Assembly: GCA_002747745.1 (NCBI GenBank)
Contig: PDQG01000004.1
Span: 37,646-101,645, forward strand
Reading direction: 5' to 3'
Length of the DNA stretch: 64,000 bases
Origin: a bacterium DOLZORAL124_38_8
GTDB taxonomy: Bacteria; Patescibacteriota; Gracilibacteria; UBA4473
The notes below the pieces were generated by a model, which saw only the letters and a list, made by a program, of their open reading frames with translations, ran no database searches and was not told where the DNA came from. Shown here in pieces: positions 20,986-31,272 of this stretch (within the stretch, counting starts at the first letter, position 1; every line of letters begins with the position of its first letter). The translations under genes and the position numbers were made by a program.

Positions 20986-21861
20986 ATGAAAATAATTGAT
21001 ACCCACACGCACGGATATTTTGGACATTATGATGCAAATCGAGAGGCCGTACAACAAGACTGCCGAAACGCGGGCATCGAAAAACAGATTCAAATTGGCT
21101 GTGACGAAATTTCGAGTCTGGCGGCCATTGAAATGACCAAGCAATACGAAGGGCACTTTGCTACCGTGGGACTTCATCCGTGCGATGTTGCGCCGTTTAT
21201 GGAAGGAAAGGTTGAGAATCATCGCCTCAAAGGGTTTGAAAACTACCAATCAAACATTAAAACAACCGATGAATTATTTTCTTTTTTTGAATCTCTTATT
21301 AAAGATAACCCAAAAGCCGTAGTTGGATTGGGAGAAACTGGGTTTGACCGCTACCACGACCAACGAGATATTTTAGTAGACTGGCAAGCCGAATGTTTTG
21401 TAAAACATTTAGAATTATGCCAAAAATACGATTTACCAGTAGTAATTCACACTCGAAACGCCAACCAAGAACTGCTAGATTTTTTAGCCCAACACAAACA
21501 TTTTTTCAAAGGTGAAAATAAAGTACGAGGTGTGGTACATTGTTTTGTCGAAGACGATGAAATGGCTCAAATATTACACGATGAATACGATTTGTATTTT
21601 GGAATTGGCGGGGTGGCCACCTACAACAACACCGAAAAACTCGCCCAAGCCATCGCCCAAATGCCCGCTAACCGAATTTTAACCGAAACCGATGCGCCCT
21701 TTTTGCCACCAAAAATGTATCGTAAAACGGTAAACAAAATAAACTCGCCAGCCAGTTTACCCGAAGTCGTCCAAAAAATTGCCGAAATTAGAGCAACCCC
21801 CATGGCAGAAATGGCCAAAATATTATACCAGAATGCCGAAACTTTATTTTTTAGTAAATGA
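20986..21861 (+). CDS. tatD: TatD-family metal-dependent hydrolase/DNase
   Basis: MKIIDTHTHG.. start, then ..GLHP.., ..GETGFD.., ..PVVIHTR.. and ..LTETDAPFL.. motifs. Confidence 0.85.
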   Translation: MKIIDTHTHGYFGHYDANREAVQQDCRNAGIEKQIQIGCDEISSLAAIEMTKQYEGHFATVGLHPCDVAPFMEGKVENHRLKGFENYQSNIKTTDELFSFFESLIKDNPKAVVGLGETGFDRYHDQRDILVDWQAECFVKHLELCQKYDLPVVIHTRNANQELLDFLAQHKHFFKGENKVRGVVHCFVEDDEMAQILHDEYDLYFGIGGVATYNNTEKLAQAIAQMPANRILTETDAPFLPPKMYRKTVNKINSPASLPEVVQKIAEIRATPMAEMAKILYQNAETLFFSK

Positions 21862-22262
21862 GTAAACGAGCCTTTAATATAGAAATTTTGGAATTAAAAG
21901 ACCAAATATTGGCCGCCAAAGAAGTAGAAAAAATTTCTGGCGAACGAGCCAAATCTGTTTTAGTATGGATAATTGATATTTTGGGCGGCGAAACACTCCC
22001 TGTAATTGGTGACCTAGCCGCCTCGTGGTATTTTTATTATCAATCTAGAAAACTGGCTGACAAATGCCAACTCCCTAACGAAGAAAAAAAACGAATTTTT
22101 TGGTTTTATGTATGGGATACCATTTGGGGATTTATACCCATACTAGGATTTTTTGGAGATATTTTTTATCGAGCCAACAAAAGAACCGCCGAAGTTTTTG
22201 CAGAACATCGCACAAAACTAGAGCAAAAATTGTGGGAATTAAGAAAGGCCGATAGAAAGTAG
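21858..22262 (+). CDS. DUF4112-like small membrane protein
   Basis: Two copies of the ..P(V/I)(I/L)G..(D/G)D(L/I).. pattern (LPVIGDLAA and IPILGFFGDIFYRANKR). The ATGA start/stop overlaps tatD. Confidence 0.55.
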   Translation: MSKRAFNIEILELKDQILAAKEVEKISGERAKSVLVWIIDILGGETLPVIGDLAASWYFYYQSRKLADKCQLPNEEKKRIFWFYVWDTIWGFIPILGFFGDIFYRANKRTAEVFAEHRTKLEQKLWELRKADRK

Positions 22263-22266
22263 CGAA

Positions 22267-22533
22267 TTAAAAATTAATTTCGCCATTCGGATGACCAAAC
22301 TTAATTAAGTTTTCCTTTTTTTCTCTCCGCCATTTTTTTATTTGCATCTCCCTTTTTACAGCGTCTTTTCTCGAAGCAAAAGACTCTGAATAGACAATTC
22401 TAACCGGTCGGCGGTATTTTGTATACAAAGCTCCTGCCCCTGCATTATGTCGTACTTCTCTTAACCGAAGGTCCGCACACGAACCAACATACAAAGATTC
22501 ATCGCTGCAGCGAGCTATGTAACAAAAAAACAT
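22267..22533 (-). CDS. GIY-YIG nuclease family protein (small, stand-alone)
   Basis: FCYIARCSDESLYVGSCADLRLREVRHN..G..YTKYRRPVRIVYSE.F..R.DAVKRE.QIKKW.R.KK is the canonical GIY-YIG layout. Confidence 0.85.
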   Translation of the reverse strand: MFFCYIARCSDESLYVGSCADLRLREVRHNAGAGALYTKYRRPVRIVYSESFASRKDAVKREMQIKKWRREKKENLIKFGHPNGEINF

Positions 22534-22620
22534 AGAAACCTTTCTCTAAAAATGTAGTCCTTCGACAAGCTCAGGACATTCGACTCTTTGGTTTACCATG
22601 AGCGAGCATGGCGAGTCGAA

Positions 22621-23033
22621 TGGTGGAGATGGCGAGAATCGAACTCGCGTCCGACGAGGACATCCCATACCATCTACGCTCATAGTTTTATTTATCTACG
22701 GCGAATGCTTAAAAATAAAACAAAAAACATTCGTTCGTTAATTGCTAAAAGGTCTTATAAATCGGCAATCAATCGATTTATAACGAGTCTCTAAATTGAA
22801 ACATAACCGGCGAGACAGTAGTTATATTTCACGTAGGAGCAAATGGCTCAACCACGATTTGTTAGACAGCCAAAGAAAATTTAGCTGTTTGAGCCCAAGA
22901 TCGCAAAGATGTTTGAGCTCGGTTTTTAAGTTTTGCACTTATTTATTTGTCACATTGGATCTCTCGGCGAATATGACACGCCGCTAACGCAAGTATGCAA
23001 TGTCAGGTCTCATCGTCAAAGCCTGGCATCCCC
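22621..23033 (-). ncRNA. ssrA: tmRNA (SsrA), one-piece, about 413 nt
   Basis: The 5' GGGGATG pairs with the 3' CATCTCC-ACCA, including G3:U70. The T-arm is GGACGCGAGTTCGATTCTCGCC. A candidate tag ORF runs from GCA at 22936 to TAA at 22862 and ends ..AKFSLAV. Confidence 0.9.
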
Positions 23034-23090
23034 GTAAAAGAGCTTCCCTCTTATACCAGAAACAACCAGACAAATCAACCTTTTAATCGA

Positions 23091-25124
23091 TTATTGTTCG
23101 ACAAACCGCACAAACGCCGGGTTCCGCTCAATATCTTTCAACAAGGCTTGATATTCATTTTCCGAATGCACGTGTAACACAAAATCAAGCAACCCTGTTT
23201 TATCCGCCAACACCCGCGATTTCATTCGGTAAATATCAATATCGTGTTTCGCAATTACGGCCGTAATTTTCAATAAAACATTTTTTCGATTCACCACACA
23301 CACCTTCAATCGTTTTTCAATCAAAAAATTAGCTTCAAAGATTCGTTGCGGATTATGGTGTTCGAGCTCGGAACAATCAGCGGCATGCACCATAAACTTT
23401 AAACCACGTCCTTTATGCGCGACAATAGGGTCGCCAATTTCAGGCATACAACACTCAGCTAACCGATACGGCATATCAGTTTCTCCTCCAATTACTAAGG
23501 AAAAATCACTCGGTTTTCCCGAAATAACAGGCTTTTTAGCGGGACGAACCTTTTTTCTCACCGGCAACGACAACGTTGGTCTCGGTTCGACTGAAGCTGG
23601 CATAACAATCTCCTCGCCTTCTTTCCGGAAAAAAGAACGAATTTTATCTTTTGCCGAATTAGAAATTATAAAATTCAACCACAACGGATTCGGACGTCGC
23701 CCAGGTTTTGTTAAGATAGAAACAATATCTCCATTTTGCATTTGGTAGTTTAAGGGCTTAATAATTCCGTTTACTAAAGCCCCCGTACAACTGTTTCCGA
23801 TATCAGAATGAATCGCATACGCCAAATCGACCGGCGTAGCCCCCTTCGCAAAAAATTTCAAATCGCCTTTCGGCGTGAACACATAAATTCGTTCTGAAAA
23901 CAGAGTATTTGCCACCGCTTGAAAAAACTCTTGCGGATCATAATCTTTCGATTTTGTAATTTTATTTGGCACCCACGCCGTCTTTTTTAAATATTCTTCG
24001 TCAAAATTTGAGCCGCCAGACGTTTTATAGGCCCAGTGCGCGGCTGGCCCTTTTTCGGCATCTAAGTCCATTTTGGCGGTTCTAATTTGCACTTCCGTCG
24101 GTAAATGATTTTGCCCCAATCCTAACACTGTGGTATGCAAACTTTTATACCCATTGGGTTTGGGAAGCGCGATATAGTCTTTGAACCGGTTTGAAACGGG
24201 TTTCCAATTTGCATGAATTACCCCCAAGGCTCGATAACAATCTGATTCTGATTCTAAAATAACCCGCACTCCAAACAAATCGTACACTTCATCAACGTGC
24301 CGAAATCCTTTCCGTTGCATTTTGAGAAAAAGCGAATACATGGTCTTTTTTCGGGCTTTCACGGTGTGTACCTGCAAACCTTCTTCTCCAAGTTTGCGCA
24401 ATAAATCTTTTCGGGCTTTATCAATAAACTTTAACCGCGCTTTCGCTGAAATCTCTACTTCTGTTTGCAAACGATGAAACTCTTTTGGATATAACGCTTC
24501 AAAACAATAGTGTTCTAACTGGTTTTTAAATTTGTTTACTCCAAACTTCTCGGCAATTGGCACATAGATTTCCAAAGATTCTTTCGCAATTCGTTCTCGT
24601 TTCTCTAACGGAACATATTTAAGCGTTGATAAGTTGTGAATTCGATCGGCTAATTTGATAAAAATAACCCGCATATCTTGGGCCATGGCCACAAACAATT
24701 TTTGCACATTTTGGAATTTTTTTTGGTGTGAATCAGTTTTACTAATCCGCACTTTCGCCACTTTTTCTACTCCTTCACACAAAAACCGAATATGACTATC
24801 AAACTCAGCTTCAATTTCATCAGCCGTTACGGGCGTGTCTTCTATTACGTCATGCATTAAACAGGCACAAACGGTGTCCAAATCTGGTTCAATTTGTAGC
24901 AGTATTTTCGTCGCTGCAATTGGATGCGTAAAATATGGTTCCCCCGAAGCCCGCTTTTGGTCTCGATGAGTGTGCTCCGCAAAACAAAACGCACGAGCAA
25001 CTTTTTCACGACGACGCTCATCAAAATTTGGATAATATTCCGCTATCTGCGTAATAATCTGTTCTAAATCTGATTCATAATTGGTAGTAAGAACCCCAAA
25101 TTTTTTCGTATCAATTTCTATCAT
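23091..25124 (-). CDS. relA: Bifunctional (p)ppGpp synthetase/hydrolase (RelA/SpoT homolog)
   Basis: HD hydrolase motifs (..HPIAAT..HDVIEDT..) and a synthetase region (..YKSLHTTV..). A TGS-like segment (FTPKGDLKFFAKGATPVDLAY) and an ACT-like C-terminus follow. The internal ATG at 25124 was chosen as start. Confidence 0.9.
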   Translation of the reverse strand: MIEIDTKKFGVLTTNYESDLEQIITQIAEYYPNFDERRREKVARAFCFAEHTHRDQKRASGEPYFTHPIAATKILLQIEPDLDTVCACLMHDVIEDTPVTADEIEAEFDSHIRFLCEGVEKVAKVRISKTDSHQKKFQNVQKLFVAMAQDMRVIFIKLADRIHNLSTLKYVPLEKRERIAKESLEIYVPIAEKFGVNKFKNQLEHYCFEALYPKEFHRLQTEVEISAKARLKFIDKARKDLLRKLGEEGLQVHTVKARKKTMYSLFLKMQRKGFRHVDEVYDLFGVRVILESESDCYRALGVIHANWKPVSNRFKDYIALPKPNGYKSLHTTVLGLGQNHLPTEVQIRTAKMDLDAEKGPAAHWAYKTSGGSNFDEEYLKKTAWVPNKITKSKDYDPQEFFQAVANTLFSERIYVFTPKGDLKFFAKGATPVDLAYAIHSDIGNSCTGALVNGIIKPLNYQMQNGDIVSILTKPGRRPNPLWLNFIISNSAKDKIRSFFRKEGEEIVMPASVEPRPTLSLPVRKKVRPAKKPVISGKPSDFSLVIGGETDMPYRLAECCMPEIGDPIVAHKGRGLKFMVHAADCSELEHHNPQRIFEANFLIEKRLKVCVVNRKNVLLKITAVIAKHDIDIYRMKSRVLADKTGLLDFVLHVHSENEYQALLKDIERNPAFVRFVEQ

Positions 25125-25295
25125 AAGGCTTTGTGCTTTACATCTTTTCTGCCCCCAAAATACCACAAAAAATAGGAAACTCCAAAGCCTTTTTCTGCAT
25201 TCCTCATCGTGGCTAGAAGAGAAAAAGTTGACACGAATGTTTTTTTTATTAGATTCGCACACGACTCAATTTGAATTTTTTTATTAACAAAAAAA

Positions 25296-25577
25296 ATGGC
25301 TCATAAGAAATCAGGTGGTTCGTCACGAAATGGAAGAGACTCCAACGCCAAACGACGTGGTGTCAAACGATTTGGAGGTCAATTAGTGAACGCTGGTGAA
25401 ATCATTGTTCGACAAAAAGGAACTAAATTCCGACCAGGATTAAATGTAGGAATGGGAAAAGATTTTACTTTGTTTGCTGAAGAATCTGGAATCGTAACCT
25501 TTACAGAAAAAGCCGTACGACGGTTTGACGGAAGACGATACGAAAAACGATTTGTAAACATTCAACCGGTTGGGTAA
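25296..25577 (+). CDS. rpmA: 50S ribosomal protein L27
   Basis: [38 protein letters not shown]+GTKF.PG.NVGMGKD.TLFA. Confidence 0.95.
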   Translation: MAHKKSGGSSRNGRDSNAKRRGVKRFGGQLVNAGEIIVRQKGTKFRPGLNVGMGKDFTLFAEESGIVTFTEKAVRRFDGRRYEKRFVNIQPVG

Positions 25578-25590
25578 TCAACCTTTTAAA

Positions 25591-25618
25591 ACTACCGAGA
25601 CGCTTCGGTAGTTTTTTG
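25591..25618 (+). terminator. Intrinsic terminator after rpmA
   Basis: ACTACCGA / TCGGTAGT stem followed by TTTTTG. Confidence 0.6.
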
Positions 25619-25648
25619 TTTAACCATTTTTTAATCTATTTACAGCAA

Positions 25649-26098
25649 ATGGAATCTATTATTCAAAAAACACTCAAACTTTTACTGGATAAATTTGGAG
25701 CCGAATATGATTTGGTAAGTGTTACCGAAGAAAATGGACATTATTATGCGAATATTGAAGCTGACGATGCCCCAAGACTAATCGGAAAACACGGAAAAAC
25801 CATCAACGCCTTGGAATTATTTGTAAAACAAATTTTGTTTACTAAATCAGACGAAAAAGTGTTTTTGACCGTAGACGTAGACGGATACAAAAAGAAACGA
25901 CAAGAAGCTTTATTCGAAAAAGTAGCCAAAAAAATTGAATGGATGCAAGAAAACGCTTTAGGAGAATTAAAACTTTGGCCTATGGGAAGTGCCCAACGAC
26001 GAGCCGTTCATTTGTGGATCGCCAACACGTATCCAGAACTAACGACCGACTCAATTGGCGAAGGACGAGAACGAGCCATTAAAATTATGTACAAATAG
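25649..26098 (+). CDS. jag: Jag/KhpB-like RNA-binding protein (KH + R3H)
   Basis: KH-type ..LIGKHGKTINALE.. and R3H-type ..RRAVHLWI..L.T.S.GEG..R.I.I. Confidence 0.7.
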   Translation: MESIIQKTLKLLLDKFGAEYDLVSVTEENGHYYANIEADDAPRLIGKHGKTINALELFVKQILFTKSDEKVFLTVDVDGYKKKRQEALFEKVAKKIEWMQENALGELKLWPMGSAQRRAVHLWIANTYPELTTDSIGEGRERAIKIMYK

Positions 26099-26128
26099 CA
26101 AAATTAAAAAATATTGAAAATAAAAAAA

Positions 26129-26152
26129 ATCCAGCCTTCGGCTGGATTTTTT
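26129..26152. terminator. Bidirectional terminator between jag and the convergent 910-aa ORF
   Basis: CCAGCC (26131-26136), loop ttc, GGCTGG (26140-26145), with an A-run before and a T-run after. Confidence 0.6.
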
Positions 26153-26174
26153 CGTATCTTCAGAAACCACCAGG

Positions 26175-28907
26175 CTAAAACTTATAGTTTCTTTTAATAA
26201 AATCTGCTGAATCATTAGCCTGTCTATCATATTTTTTCAATTCTGATTTATAATTCTTTACAACATCTCGTAGAGAATTTGAATTATTCACAAATAATTG
26301 CATATCGACCGCATTAAAATCATTATATTCCAGACGTTTATTTAAATGCTTCAACTCTAAAAATAAATTATTCATTTTGGGATTATTCAACCCATGACCT
26401 TCATAAAAATCATTGTTTTTCATATTGTTTGCCACCATATCAGTCATTTCCCCAATTTCTTTCTTATTTTGTGCAAAATCTAACTCTAATTTCGACATAC
26501 GATTGAACTGCTCTTGATAAGTTTTATACGCCTCTTTTAAGCGTCCCATTTCAATATTAATTGCATCAATATTTCCACTTTGTTTAATTTGATCAAATGA
26601 TTTCATTCTAAATTGTAATTCATCAATCACTGTATCAAAATTTCCAACAGCTCTAGCAAGTTTTTCACTGTATCCATCATTAATTCTCATTTTTTCAACC
26701 ACTCGACGAGCCTGACTTAAATGCTCGGGATTTACTTTCGAAACAGGTTTCTTTTCAGGCGTTCGTGTTTTCTTTTTTAAACGAGCTAATCGTTCAATTT
26801 TATTCGCATTAAAGTCAACTTCATACCGAGATACTCCCTTTATTTCTTGTACTCGCCAAACACCAGAAGTTTTAGTTTCACCTAACAAACGAACCTCATG
26901 AGATTTACCAGACGAATCTAAAAATCGCACAAAATTAGATTCTTTTAACCGATTAAGTTTGGCTTCCGAGTTAACTGAATCCTTATTAGCCGTTTCTTCT
27001 ATTGGTTGTTGTTTTTTAGTGGTCGTTTTTTTATTTTCAGTTTTTACGGCTGTTTCTTTTTGCAATCGCACGCCAGCTTCTTGAGAAATCTCTACCACAT
27101 TCCCAGTGGAATCTGTTTTCTTAACTGTTTGCTTTTTATATGCTTCTGCTCCCACACGATTAGACTTTGTCACGTGCTCCACAATCGTCCCATCTTTTTG
27201 AATTTTAAATCGTTCTCCAGTTTTTAATTCCACAATTTGTGTAAATTGTGCTTCATGCACACCATAAACTTTTTTAAAAACAGATTGCTCTTCTATAGTA
27301 ATAGTTTTCCCTCCACGAACTAACGAAAATCCCGATTCCGTTCGAGTAACAGAATAAGAAATATCTTTAACAGTTTTTGTAAAAGATTCTCCCACTTTCA
27401 ATTCCTGAATTTGTTCTGTCGCTGTTAAGGTTTTTATATCTAACACTTTTGTTTTTACGCCTTCTAAAGATTCCTTAAACGCCGCTAAATCCTTTTTAGT
27501 AACCCCATTTTTTTCTAAGTTTTTCAATGTTTGCCCCATTTCGGCCACTTGCGTTTCAAGTGTATTCAAACGATTCACATCAATGTCACCTGCTCGCATT
27601 GAATCTAAGTTCAAATTAATTTCAACCGCTTTCATTTTCCCTTCGGCAACCACTTCTTTTTGACGTAATGTAGCTATTTCTGCTTCCAAACTAGTCACTT
27701 TCGATGTTTTTTCATTTAATTCTGACTGCAATCGATTTACTAAATCAAGATGCCCTTTTTCTTTGGCTTGGGCTAATTTGTCGGCCGTATCTCTCTGCGA
27801 TTTTAAGGCTTCATCAAATTGATTTTTCCTTTCAGATAATTGCGTTTTCACTTTTTCGAATTCAACTTTCATTCCGTTAAATTCTCCCTCCAAAGTTTTG
27901 TAATTTTGACTTACTTCTTTGAATTGATTCTTCCACTTATCTTTTTTGGCTTTTAATTTTTTATTGGTTGCTTTTTCGTCAACTAATAACTGTTCCTTCT
28001 CAGCAATCAAACTTTTATCTGCGTCTGCATCCTTTTTCAATTGTGCAATCTCAGTTTCTTTTGCTTGAATACTTTTATTTGATTCCGACAATTGTCCTTC
28101 CAATTTTTCCACTTTCATTTTAGCTTCTTCTATTTCCAACCGTTGATTCGCTAAAGCTTCATCAAAAACAGCAGTATGTCTTCTCAACTTTCCTTCTAAA
28201 TCTGTCACCTTCAACTCGGCCTGAATGGCAGGATTAGAAGCAATGAAATCCGCATCTGACATTTCATTATACGCCTTTTGGGCCGCTAATTTTTCTGGAT
28301 CAACTTCTGGCTCTTGTTTTTTAGGTTCAGGATTTTCCATTGTATCATTTTTTTCCGTTCCTGATTTAGATTTATTTTTTGATGCAGAAGTTCGTTTCCC
28401 TAACTTCTCAACTTTTAACTTTTCAATCGTAATAATAGTTTTCCCCACTTTTAATTCGTTCCCCACCAATAATTTTTCATTCAATGGAACATTTCTTTTC
28501 ACAACTTTTTTCGTTCCTTTTCTTCCATGTTCAATCACATCTACTAACGTCTCTCCCTGTTTATTTTTAGTAATTTCTATTTCATATTTTTTTGAAATTC
28601 GAATTTTATCTCCCACGGTCAGATTCTTTCTGGCAATACCAGATTTTCTGTAATCTGCACCCTCCTTCAAAATATTTTTCAATTTTTTTCCTTTCTTTAC
28701 TTCCAACAAATTCAATTTTGATTCTTTTATTTGTATTTCGGTTAAGATTCTTTCGGCTTTTGTATCACCTGATTTTCTTAAAGATTTCAAGACTTTTTTG
28801 ACTGACTTAACTCGCCCCAACAGTTCATTTTGTACGGTTTGAATACTTTCATTTACTAATTTTTGTTCCGCTAATCGAGCTTTCCGTTTCGCTTCTGACA
28901 ATCCCAT
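26175..28907 (-). CDS. Large coiled-coil protein (910 aa), function unknown
   Basis: Long K/E/Q-rich heptad-like segments (..EIEEAKMKVEKLEGQLSESNKSIQAKETEIAQLKKD..) are interspersed with beta-rich modules. There is no signal peptide. The 5' end overlaps the upstream ORF by 59 nt in the +1 frame. Confidence 0.55.
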   Translation of the reverse strand: MGLSEAKRKARLAEQKLVNESIQTVQNELLGRVKSVKKVLKSLRKSGDTKAERILTEIQIKESKLNLLEVKKGKKLKNILKEGADYRKSGIARKNLTVGDKIRISKKYEIEITKNKQGETLVDVIEHGRKGTKKVVKRNVPLNEKLLVGNELKVGKTIITIEKLKVEKLGKRTSASKNKSKSGTEKNDTMENPEPKKQEPEVDPEKLAAQKAYNEMSDADFIASNPAIQAELKVTDLEGKLRRHTAVFDEALANQRLEIEEAKMKVEKLEGQLSESNKSIQAKETEIAQLKKDADADKSLIAEKEQLLVDEKATNKKLKAKKDKWKNQFKEVSQNYKTLEGEFNGMKVEFEKVKTQLSERKNQFDEALKSQRDTADKLAQAKEKGHLDLVNRLQSELNEKTSKVTSLEAEIATLRQKEVVAEGKMKAVEINLNLDSMRAGDIDVNRLNTLETQVAEMGQTLKNLEKNGVTKKDLAAFKESLEGVKTKVLDIKTLTATEQIQELKVGESFTKTVKDISYSVTRTESGFSLVRGGKTITIEEQSVFKKVYGVHEAQFTQIVELKTGERFKIQKDGTIVEHVTKSNRVGAEAYKKQTVKKTDSTGNVVEISQEAGVRLQKETAVKTENKKTTTKKQQPIEETANKDSVNSEAKLNRLKESNFVRFLDSSGKSHEVRLLGETKTSGVWRVQEIKGVSRYEVDFNANKIERLARLKKKTRTPEKKPVSKVNPEHLSQARRVVEKMRINDGYSEKLARAVGNFDTVIDELQFRMKSFDQIKQSGNIDAINIEMGRLKEAYKTYQEQFNRMSKLELDFAQNKKEIGEMTDMVANNMKNNDFYEGHGLNNPKMNNLFLELKHLNKRLEYNDFNAVDMQLFVNNSNSLRDVVKNYKSELKKYDRQANDSADFIKRNYKF

Positions 28908-31179
28908 TTGGAATATCAGAATCTTTAATTTTATATCGTTCTAATTTTCGCACCATTCTTAAATCGCGTTGGGCAATTTTTTTCAAACTTGGTTTCCAAA
29001 ATCGTCTTCGAGATACTTTTAATTCATTTAATCTGTACGATTTATTCAAAGACCGTTCAACCGAAAAGGCTAACTTTTGGAACCGCAATCGAAGCGGACG
29101 CCAAACTTTTAGTCCCAAAACTTTTCTTGGTTTTATTAACACCGATTTCATTTTCCCTTTTGAATATTCAATCGACACATCATTGTTTGTATCAACTTTT
29201 TCAGGTTTTTGTTTTGGCTGTTTCTTGGTTTTCAAATTTGTTGGACCTTCCGTCACCGAGAGTTTCATTTCTCGCAAAATATTTTGAGCCGTAGTTGAAC
29301 CAGTAGCATCAACATTTCGAGCTTTCAAAGCGCCCAATTCTGCCTGATTCACTTGCCCCTCCAAAATATCTCGTATATCAAATTTTTCTCCTCTCTCGGC
29401 CGCATCATATATTTTACGAGCCTTTTTAGGATTTAGTCGTCCGTCGTTTACTCGGTTTGACAAAAGTCTTCTCAAGGCATTAATTTTCGCATTATTTTTT
29501 ACCAGATTACCATTCAAATCTCTCCATTCTGATGCGGGAATTTTTACTTCAGCCCCAGCTCCACTATACAACGTACACAAGTCTTCCGCCGTTTCGGAAA
29601 CTCGCTGTGGAACGGTTTTTTGATCAACTGAGTTCTTAATAACTTCTGATTTTTGTTTCTTAGCTTTTTCTGGTTTTGTTTTTGATGCTTCTGAATCAGT
29701 TTCTTCAGTCTTTGTTTCAGATTTATTTTCTTCTGATTTTTTTGTTTTGCTGGCATCCGTTGAATTTGATTCCGATTTTTCACCTTTTATTTTTTGCGCC
29801 GCATTAGCATTTTTTTTGTTTCCCCATTGATTCATTCGCTCCATTGGTCGCCGCATAGCACTCCCACTGATACGCAATGCCCCAGCTGCAACAAATGCGT
29901 GGAACCATTCATCCCCACTCGCAAAGGTCTCGAACACTTCATTTATATCACCTTTATAAGTTCCATTTTGAACCGCCGCAATTAATACCATAGCCGTAGC
30001 TTCAGCCGAAAGATTTACTCCATCAGCGGTTAGATTTTTAATTCCATTTAATAATTTTTTATCTGCCACATTTGGCAACAAGTTTTTTAATTTAGTCCCA
30101 ACTCCAATTTTGTGAACCATTTTAAACACGCCAAGCGTAGCGGCTGTCCACATAACACGAGTTCCAATTTCTCCCAATCCATTTGCATCAAAAATCGTAT
30201 CTACTTCTTTATCCAAAACACTTCCCATTCCTTCCATTAAGGCTCCGTGCATTCCTTCAAAGGCCAAGGCTTCGACCCCTAATCCAACAAATCCACGAGC
30301 TCCATTAGCAATACGACCAATTCTTCCTAATCGGGCAGCTGATAGCCCCATACGAGCCACGACCGAACGAGCGCCGGCCGACAAACCAAACCTAGCCACA
30401 TTCGCGAACCCACCAGAAACAATAATCAGCGGTGCATTAATAACTAATTCTTCGAATACGGTATCCCAAGTCTCATCTGCCCAATTAAAAGTCCCAATTC
30501 CTGCCGATTTAACATATTGATCCCAAAATTCTGTTTTATCAGCTGGAATACGATTTTCTAAATCATTATCGTAAATATATTCAGCAATTTTTTCGTTTCT
30601 TCCGTGCTGATAGGTTTCCATAATCAAAGCATCAACATAATTTTTCGCTTGTTTTTGCGCTTCTTTACCCTGAATTTCTGGATTTTGCTCTACTATTTGC
30701 CCCGTCAACTTTTGTACATCAATTTGAGAACTTACTTTTTTCTTCGCTTCTTCGTACACATCTTGCTGTACTTCAATTGTTTCTCCATTTGAATTTTTCA
30801 ATTTAACTAATGAGAATTTCTCTTTTTCTAATTTTCCAAAAGTTTCGGTCAGTTCTTCTACCGCTAAATGACGTGCAGTTTCGTAATGCCCACCAGTTGT
30901 TTCTGTATCTCTTAACTTTTTAACGACTAACGCCTTAAATTTCAATAAATCAGATTTACTGTTAATTTTTGATACATTAAAAGCCTCTTGCGTTCCAGCC
31001 GTTCTATCTAAATCAAACCAACTATCCTTAAATACATCATCGACAGCATTTTTCTCTTCTGAACCAGCCGGTAATAATTCATTAAATATATCCGAAAAGT
31101 TCTCCCCTTTTAAAATTCGAGACTTAATATTTTCTTTGTTGCTATTATATTTGTTCATCGCCGAACGAACACCAGCCAA
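28849..31179 (-). CDS. Large hypothetical protein (776 aa) with central Gly/Ala-rich hydrophobic block
   Basis: The track start is TTG; the first ATG is at 31158. Residues ~245-440 (nt 29860-30447) read ..VINAPLIIVSGGFANVARFGLSAGARSVVARMGLSAARLGRIGRIANGARGFVGLGVEALAFEGMHGALMEGMG.., followed by a K/E/S/T low-complexity linker. Confidence 0.55.
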   Translation of the reverse strand: MAGVRSAMNKYNSNKENIKSRILKGENFSDIFNELLPAGSEEKNAVDDVFKDSWFDLDRTAGTQEAFNVSKINSKSDLLKFKALVVKKLRDTETTGGHYETARHLAVEELTETFGKLEKEKFSLVKLKNSNGETIEVQQDVYEEAKKKVSSQIDVQKLTGQIVEQNPEIQGKEAQKQAKNYVDALIMETYQHGRNEKIAEYIYDNDLENRIPADKTEFWDQYVKSAGIGTFNWADETWDTVFEELVINAPLIIVSGGFANVARFGLSAGARSVVARMGLSAARLGRIGRIANGARGFVGLGVEALAFEGMHGALMEGMGSVLDKEVDTIFDANGLGEIGTRVMWTAATLGVFKMVHKIGVGTKLKNLLPNVADKKLLNGIKNLTADGVNLSAEATAMVLIAAVQNGTYKGDINEVFETFASGDEWFHAFVAAGALRISGSAMRRPMERMNQWGNKKNANAAQKIKGEKSESNSTDASKTKKSEENKSETKTEETDSEASKTKPEKAKKQKSEVIKNSVDQKTVPQRVSETAEDLCTLYSGAGAEVKIPASEWRDLNGNLVKNNAKINALRRLLSNRVNDGRLNPKKARKIYDAAERGEKFDIRDILEGQVNQAELGALKARNVDATGSTTAQNILREMKLSVTEGPTNLKTKKQPKQKPEKVDTNNDVSIEYSKGKMKSVLIKPRKVLGLKVWRPLRLRFQKLAFSVERSLNKSYRLNELKVSRRRFWKPSLKKIAQRDLRMVRKLERYKIKDSDIPNGIVRSETESSISGTKISK

Positions 31180-31272
31180 GGTATCGGAAAAAATAAAACT
31201 ATTTAATTTTTGTGCCGTCTTGTTAAGCCACCCATAATCTTTTTTTGCATCTCCTTGATTTAAAGCCCAAGA

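Noticed and set aside
25125-25262. Long N-terminal extensions given by the ORF track for relA. The same applies to trmD, the NUDIX gene, mnmA, dnaG, mscL, radA, tatD, jag and the Cys-rich ORF.
   Set aside because: In each case the conserved family N-terminus begins at an internal ATG. The extension is hydrophobic or low-complexity, and often overlaps a neighbouring gene or terminator.
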